The notes under the pieces were generated by a model. The model was not told where the DNA came from. It was given only the letters and a program-made list of their open reading frames with translations, and did no database searches. From assembly GCA_041946805.1 (NCBI GenBank), contig JBHGBC010000181.1:1-11306 (forward strand): a DNA stretch of 11,306 bases. The letters run 5' to 3'. Positions within the stretch are counted from its first letter, which is position 1. The number at the start of each line of letters is the position of its first letter. This DNA comes from a bacterium (GTDB taxonomy: Bacteria; Hinthialibacterota; Hinthialibacteria; Hinthialibacterales; Hinthialibacteraceae). The position numbers were made by a program, and so were the translations under genes. Below are positions 6,701-11,306 of the stretch, in pieces.

Positions 6701-8143
6701 ATGCGTTTCCACTCTCCCTGGCTTCGATCGCTCAGCCTTCTCGCGCTTCTTTGGCTCCTCCCCGGAATTCCGGTGGGCTACGCTCAGGAATCCGTCGAGA
6801 ATCGGATTCAAAAATTGGAGGATGAAAACCAAGCCCTGCGCGGCCTCGTGGAACAACTCCAAAAGCGTCTCGATCAAATCGAAGGGAAAGAGGCCGAAAA
6901 ATCCAAGAAGAAAAAAGAGACCGAAACTCCCACCGGCGAACCGGCCGTCCCCGCCGTGGAAAAAACACCCCCGGAAACACGGGAAAAGACCGGCAAGGAT
7001 AAAAAATCGACTACCAAGGCCGAAGAAGCGGTTCCAGCGGAGATTCAAGAGGCGGCCGGAGAGGCGCAAGCCGGCGATAAAGCCAAAAAGGAATCTTGGC
7101 TGCCCTCGCTGAAAGGGGAAACCTTCAGCCTGGGCGGACGGCTGCAATTCGAATATTTCGATCCGGAAAACGAGACCGGTCTGCGTTCCGCGATTCCCGA
7201 CAATCCCGGCGGCAGTTTCAAACTGGATGAATTCCGGATCCTTCTCGACGCCGATTTCAAAAACAGCATCCGGTTCCACGGCAAGTACGATGTGGAGGGC
7301 GAGGAAGGGAATCTTGTCGAAACCTACGTAGACTTTGAGGATCTCCCCCTCTGGTCCGAATTGCGCGTCGGCGTTCAACCCCGCTTTTACCGCCCGGACC
7401 GCTACACCGAGTCGTACCCCCTGACCGGCAATGCCTTCTGGCGGAAGCGGGACCTGGGGATCACCTGGAAAGGGACGTATGATCCGGTTTACGCCTATGT
7501 GTCCGTCACCAACGGGGCCGCCCTGGACCGGGAAGAAGTGGGGGAAGATCAGGGGGACCGCCTCATTGGTGAAGATACGATGCATCTGGATTTCAATGGG
7601 AACAAGGAATTCAGCGCCGGCCTGGGTCTGGACCTGAATCTGGATGCGTATGGCCAACTCAACCTGCTCGGGTACGGCATGACCGGCGGCCTGTCGGACG
7701 AGGACTTGTTGTTTCTTCAAACCGAAGTCCCCGGCTACGGCTTTTGGAGCAGTGACCGCCGCGAGCTGGCGGGCGTCAACCTGGATTACCGCATCGACGA
7801 GTGGGATTTCTTCGCCCAGGCCATCGGAAGGCGGGACGGCGAGCTGGAACGCTTCGGTTGGTACACGGAAATGTCCTACAAGTTCAACTTCAAAGGCCTG
7901 CGCTATCTCAACTCGCTGCGTCCCCTGGTCCGCTACGGAGAACTGGACACGAACCTGACTCCCCAACCCTTTTTCACGAACGGTTCGTTGACCTGGGACC
8001 GGGAGCAGTGGCTGTTCGCGATCATCGCCGAACTAGTCCGCAATGTCACCTTCCGGGCCGAATACGCGCTGAACGAAGAAAAAACCGGCGGTCCCGGCGC
8101 CCAAAACAATGAACTGCTCTTCCAACTGGAAATCGTGTTCTGA
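6701..8143 (+). CDS. Outer-membrane beta-barrel porin, OprO/OprP (phosphate-selective porin)-like, with N-terminal coiled coil (~480 aa)
   Basis: Sec signal peptide ending GYA|Q, coiled coil (ENRIQKLEDENQALRGLVEQLQKRLDQIE), K/E/P/T linker, then amphipathic strands GGRLQFEY, ELRVG, RDLGITWKG, VSVTNG, GWYTEMSYKF and LVRYGELD, ending in the BAM-type signal LLFQLEIVF. RBS AAGGA precedes ATG 6701; the in-frame ATG 6626 also has AGGAAGG. Confidence 0.8.
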   Translation: MRFHSPWLRSLSLLALLWLLPGIPVGYAQESVENRIQKLEDENQALRGLVEQLQKRLDQIEGKEAEKSKKKKETETPTGEPAVPAVEKTPPETREKTGKDKKSTTKAEEAVPAEIQEAAGEAQAGDKAKKESWLPSLKGETFSLGGRLQFEYFDPENETGLRSAIPDNPGGSFKLDEFRILLDADFKNSIRFHGKYDVEGEEGNLVETYVDFEDLPLWSELRVGVQPRFYRPDRYTESYPLTGNAFWRKRDLGITWKGTYDPVYAYVSVTNGAALDREEVGEDQGDRLIGEDTMHLDFNGNKEFSAGLGLDLNLDAYGQLNLLGYGMTGGLSDEDLLFLQTEVPGYGFWSSDRRELAGVNLDYRIDEWDFFAQAIGRRDGELERFGWYTEMSYKFNFKGLRYLNSLRPLVRYGELDTNLTPQPFFTNGSLTWDREQWLFAIIAELVRNVTFRAEYALNEEKTGGPGAQNNELLFQLEIVF

Positions 8144-8153
8144 TCGAAAGCAG

Positions 8154-8192
8154 CGGGAAAAGCGGGCCCCGGCCTTCCGGCCTGCTTACCCG
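8154..8192 (+). other. GC-rich stem-loop just after the porin stop (mRNA stabiliser or partial terminator)
   Basis: CGGG-AA-AAGCGGGCC (8160-8168) pairs with GGCCTGCTT (8179-8187)-A-CCCG. No U-tract follows. Confidence 0.45.
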
Positions 8193-8207
8193 GGGAATCA
8201 CATGGGG

Positions 8208-8238
8208 TAAAATTCAATCAGATATCAAGTCTGATTCA
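8208..8238 (+). promoter_or_regulatory. Candidate internal -10 box followed by an operator-like dyad
   Basis: TAAAAT at 8208-8213, then AATCAGA-N7-TCTGATT (8216-8236, perfect 7-bp arms). GAGG at 8240-8243 precedes ATG 8258. Confidence 0.4.
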
Positions 8239-8257
8239 TGAGGTACGCGGAACCGCC

Positions 8258-9004
8258 ATGTCATCCAACCTAATAGCCAGCGCGACGGAATGGATTCCCA
8301 CGCCGGTCACGAATTTCCTCAACACGATGTCCCAGCACGTCTCCGCCCAGGGACCCAATTACCATGAGCAAAAAACCTTCGTGGCCATTCTCTTCGCCTT
8401 ATCGCTCGCCGCGTTTCTGGGCGCTTTGATCGCCTATCACCCCAAACGTCAGGTCGAGGGGTACGGCCCCGCCAGCGACCAGGAACTCAAGAACACCCAG
8501 ATCATGATCTGCATTGCCGGCGCGGTCATGGTGATCCTCATCCAGGGCAGTCTGGAACGCGCCTTCGGGCTGGTCGGCCTGGGCAGTTTCGTCCGCTACC
8601 GGACCGCCTTGCGCAACCCCTTCGATCTATCCATCATTTTCATTCTGATCGGCCTGGGGATGGCCTGCGGCCTGGCCAACTTCGAACTGGCAATCACCAT
8701 CACCGGATTCATCTACATTCTGCTCTATCTTCTCGCCTTCACGGGCAGCGCGTACCGGTACCACTGGGAAGTGAAAATCACCACCAACAATCCCACCGAG
8801 ACCGAACGGGCGTTCCGGAAGATGGCCTCGAAATACAAGTTTCAAATCCTGCGGATGCAAAAAAGCAAGGAAACCGGACGCTTCCGGTGCCGTTTCAATT
8901 CCAAACAACCCCTCGACTCCGACAAGCTCACCCATGAACTGAAGGAACAGTGTGGAGAAACCAGCATCTTCACCCGGTTCGAATGGGAACTGCAAGAAGA
9001 ATAA
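8258..9004 (+). CDS. DUF4956 / MgtC-SapB-like inner-membrane protein with C-terminal soluble ACT-like domain (248 aa)
   Basis: Several TM segments with the signature SLERAFGLVGLGSFVRYRTALRNPFDLSIIFILIGLGMACG (DUF4956 pattern SLARAFGLVG...RFRT...G.G.ACG) and a ~80-aa alpha/beta C-terminal domain. Confidence 0.82.
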   Translation: MSSNLIASATEWIPTPVTNFLNTMSQHVSAQGPNYHEQKTFVAILFALSLAAFLGALIAYHPKRQVEGYGPASDQELKNTQIMICIAGAVMVILIQGSLERAFGLVGLGSFVRYRTALRNPFDLSIIFILIGLGMACGLANFELAITITGFIYILLYLLAFTGSAYRYHWEVKITTNNPTETERAFRKMASKYKFQILRMQKSKETGRFRCRFNSKQPLDSDKLTHELKEQCGETSIFTRFEWELQEE

Positions 9005-9160
9005 GCCTACGGACGGTTCAATCCTCCCCGCCCGCCTCCGAACGCATCCGCCTATGGACAGTTTCCGCCAATCCGGTTATCGTACAATCGTTTCTCCGGC
9101 CGGGGCGCTAATCATGATGGATACCAGGATGGTTCCAGCCGCGGAGAAAGAAACTGGCGC

Positions 9161-9187
9161 GGACGGACACCCAGGTCCGCCCCCTAC
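9161..9187 (-). repeat. GTAG-family REP palindrome
   Basis: The minus strand reads GTAG-G-GGGCGGAC-CTGGGT-GTCCGTCC: a GTAG foot followed by an 8-bp GC-rich imperfect hairpin. Confidence 0.72.
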
Positions 9188-9189
9188 AA

Positions 9190-9230
9190 AATTCCCTCAC
9201 CCCAGCCCTCTCCCAGAGGGAGAGGGAATT
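9190..9230 (+). repeat. boxC-like CCCTCACCCC...CCCTCTCCC/GGGAGAGGG intergenic repeat
   Basis: AATTCCCTCACCCCAG-CCCTCTCCC-AGA-GGGAGAGGG-AATT: a perfect 9-bp stem (9206-9226) preceded by a C-rich tract. Confidence 0.75.
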
Positions 9231-9386
9231 GAAATCCATGAAGGAGAAAGTCCGGTGTGCGTTCCTTCGGGGCGGGGGATGCGTTTAAAGGATAACCTAT
9301 ACCGGACGCGGCTGAAAACCGCTTCCAAAACCAACGGCTGGCCACGATAACCATATTCACTGGAGTTTGTAGGAAGAGAGTACATT

Positions 9387-10877
9387 ATGTTCACACAAAA
9401 ATGGCGTGATCATTGGGGATTGATGGATGATCCTTTCAATTGCGAAGATGCGGACAAGGACAGCATCCTTTCCGCGCTTGATTCCTCCGTGGTGCACTGG
9501 AGTTTCGACCGCATGTACGGCAATCCCCGCATGTCCGCTCCCGCCATCGTCTTCGGCGAGAAAGGGAGCGGGAAAAGCGGGCTGCGGCTCATGATCCGGC
9601 GCCGCTTGAAAGCCTGGAACGAGAAGAATCCCGCCGAAAAGGTCTTCCTGATCGAATACATCGATTTCAATCCGTATCTCTCCCGCTTCCGCCGCGTGAT
9701 CGGCGCCCGCGCCGACGACCGCCAGGCGGCCCAGGACGTCGTCAAGCGCTGGAAAATTGCCGACCACCTAGATAGCATCCTCTCCCTGGGAGTGACGAAA
9801 TTCATCGACGAGCTCCTCGCCGCGGAAACGCCGCCCCAAAACCTGACCCGCAAGCAGAAGATGTACCTCCTGCTGCTGGCCGCCCTGTACTACAACTCCG
9901 ACCGCAAATCCACGGGCGAGGCGATCAACAAACTCCTCCGCCTCATCCGGTATCATTCCTTCCTCCCCGCCCTGCGCTGGAGCGCCACCATCGGCTTGAG
10001 CCTCATCAGCCTCCTCCTGGCGCTCTTCCCCTGCCTCGGCAGCGTAACGATCGGACCGGACCAGCTGTGGTACACTCTGGGCGGCCTGGGCCTTCTGGGA
10101 ACCTGGGGCGGGTGGCTGTACAACTACCTTTCCATCCACACGCAATCCTCCTGGGCCTCCCGCGCGGTGAAAATCCTGCCCCGCAATCCGGCCAACCTCG
10201 CCCTGTTGCTGAGCAAGGTTTCCGCGAAGGAACGGAAGGAATTCATCCTGCCCCGGGGATCCGAGGAAGCCAGCCGCTATCATCTCCTGGACCGGTTCAT
10301 GGACTTGGTGGAGACGGCGGGCTACCAAGGCGTTTACGTGCTGATGGACCGTGTGGACGAACCCTCCCTGCTCAGCGTCAGCGAAGAACTGATGCGGCAA
10401 TTCGTCGAACGGCTGCTGGACATCAAACTGCTCCAGTATCCCCGGCTGGGCCTAAAGCTCTTTCTGCCCATCGAAATGGATACCATCCACCGGAACGCGG
10501 CTCCCGAGCGGCTCAAGCACATGCGCCTCGACAAATCGAACCTCATCGAGCAGCTGAAATGGAGCGGACAGGAACTGTACGAAATCGCCAGCCAGCGTCT
10601 GCGGGTGTGCCAAAATCCGGAGGCCAACGCCATCCAGCTGTCCGACCTGTTCCAGGAGGGATTCGATTTCGCCTATCTGCGGGACACCCTGACCACCCTG
10701 GGGACCCCCCGGTACGCGTTCGGCTTCTTGTCCACCTTGATCACCGACTATGTCAAGGAACTGCCCAACGACCTGCCGGATTCCGATCCCCGGTGGAAAA
10801 TCTCCCGGTCGCAGTTCGAAGTGGCGCGGGCCTTGTGGATCGACCGCTCCGGTGTCCTGCGGCGGATTCTGAACTGA
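9387..10877 (+). CDS. Membrane-associated P-loop NTPase with two TM helices between Walker A and Walker B (KAP/STAND-like), function unknown (496 aa)
   Basis: Walker A IVFGEKGSGKS (aa 57-64), strand IEYIDFNPY, hydrophobic helices at aa ~198-222 and ~227-248, Walker B GVYVLMDRVDE (aa ~316-325). RBS AGGAAGAGAG. Confidence 0.8.
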   Translation: MFTQKWRDHWGLMDDPFNCEDADKDSILSALDSSVVHWSFDRMYGNPRMSAPAIVFGEKGSGKSGLRLMIRRRLKAWNEKNPAEKVFLIEYIDFNPYLSRFRRVIGARADDRQAAQDVVKRWKIADHLDSILSLGVTKFIDELLAAETPPQNLTRKQKMYLLLLAALYYNSDRKSTGEAINKLLRLIRYHSFLPALRWSATIGLSLISLLLALFPCLGSVTIGPDQLWYTLGGLGLLGTWGGWLYNYLSIHTQSSWASRAVKILPRNPANLALLLSKVSAKERKEFILPRGSEEASRYHLLDRFMDLVETAGYQGVYVLMDRVDEPSLLSVSEELMRQFVERLLDIKLLQYPRLGLKLFLPIEMDTIHRNAAPERLKHMRLDKSNLIEQLKWSGQELYEIASQRLRVCQNPEANAIQLSDLFQEGFDFAYLRDTLTTLGTPRYAFGFLSTLITDYVKELPNDLPDSDPRWKISRSQFEVARALWIDRSGVLRRILN

Positions 10878-10908
10878 CCCGGCTATTTTCCCGGCGGACC
10901 TGTGAGCC

Positions 10909-11148
10909 ATGCTAACCCGTGCGGAAATCCTATCCCTTCTGGATGAGATGATCGATCAACAGCGCCAAAAAGTCCTGGAAATCGCCCGGAAAATGAATCC
11001 CCATCTCACCCCGGAAGATCTGCGGAATTTCGATGATTTTCCTTATCTGCGGGAGAATCCGCGGTACAATTTCGAGGACGGCATCCTGGCGGGATATCTC
11101 AGCGTCCGCACCGCCCTGCTGGCGGAACTGAACCGTAAGTCATCCTGA
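10909..11148 (+). CDS. Small helical hypothetical protein (79 aa)
   Basis: Protein-like amphipathic sequence (LLDEMIDQQRQKVLEIAR...LTPEDL...DFP...FEDGILAGYLS), 31 nt downstream of the NTPase on the same strand. Confidence 0.75.
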   Translation: MLTRAEILSLLDEMIDQQRQKVLEIARKMNPHLTPEDLRNFDDFPYLRENPRYNFEDGILAGYLSVRTALLAELNRKSS

Positions 11149-11177
11149 GTTTTGTGGAGATTTCATAATGAATGATT

Positions 11178-11200
11178 TGCCGGGAGGCGGCACTGTTTTT
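11178..11200 (+). terminator. Weak intrinsic terminator candidate
   Basis: TGCCG-GGAGG-CGGCA followed by CTGTTTTT, about 30 nt after the stop at 11148. Confidence 0.35.
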
Positions 11201-11252
11201 CCAGCGTCAATGGCGCATTTAATTTGACGGAACGGCAAAAAGTCTCTTCATG

Positions 11253-11306
11253 GTGGTGCAGACATCTTGTCTGCGCAAAATATGGTTGCAGGCAGGATGC
11301 CTGCAC
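11253..11306. repeat. Inverted pair of GTGG-foot REP palindromes (REPIN/BIME-like doublet), cut by the window edge
   Basis: GTGG-TGCAGACA-TCT-TGTCTGCG (11253-11275) and TGCAGGCA-GGA-TGCCTGCA-C (11287-11306). The reverse complement of the second matches the first at 16/20. Confidence 0.75.

Noticed and set aside
6569..7966. 465-aa minus-strand ORF
   Set aside because: It is an antisense shadow of the porin, caused by GC-rich codon bias, and shows no recognisable motifs.
9241..9260. GAAAGTCCGG resembling the RNase P RNA 5' conserved motif
   Set aside because: The match to GAGGAAAGUCC is imperfect, there is no 3' partner motif, and there is too little room before the NTPase.
8952..9394. 132-aa (+) and 65-aa (-) ORFs in the DUF4956-NTPase gap
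   Set aside because: They translate through the REP and boxC-like repeats (PHPSPLPEGEG / PSPSGRGLG are typical repeat translations) and overlap real genes.
9768..10915. Overlapping 210-aa (-), 282-aa (+) and 152-aa (-) ORFs, and similar alternative-frame ORFs elsewhere
   Set aside because: They are alternative-frame or antisense ORFs inside well-supported genes, with Arg/Pro/Gly-biased composition and no motifs.
1..11306. CRISPR array, tRNA/rRNA, integrase or transposase
   Set aside because: No regularly spaced direct repeats, cloverleaf or rRNA signatures, or recombinase motifs were seen.

Overview
GC-rich bacterial chromosomal segment from a diderm organism (it encodes an outer-membrane beta-barrel). 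The style of the prepilin-like gene suggests a Sumerlaeota/Hinthialibacter(OLB16)-like candidate lineage, but this is inference only. Gene order: 5' end of a minus-strand gene at the left edge; orphan GspG-like pseudopilin (+); Zn-finger/RelE-ParE-like small protein (-); bshC (-); RlmI-type rRNA methyltransferase (+); TPM-domain (YgcG-like) protein (-); degenerate Pol-beta-type nucleotidyltransferase (-); OprO/OprP-like porin (+); DUF4956/MgtC-like membrane protein (+); membrane-anchored KAP-like P-loop NTPase (+); 79-aa hypothetical protein (+). The intergenic spaces hold GTAG/GTGG REP-type palindromes, a boxC-like CCCTCTCCC/GGGAGAGGG element with a truncated exact copy 9 kb away, several operator-like dyads and a long structured leader before the porin. 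No rRNA, tRNA, CRISPR array, integrase or transposase was seen. The best candidates for undescribed biology are the porin + DUF4956 module (possible phosphate/polyphosphate envelope system), the KAP-like NTPase + small-protein pair, the antitoxin-less Zn-finger ParE-like protein, and the NTase-TPM operon lacking lemA. All family calls come from motifs recognised by eye; no searches were run.
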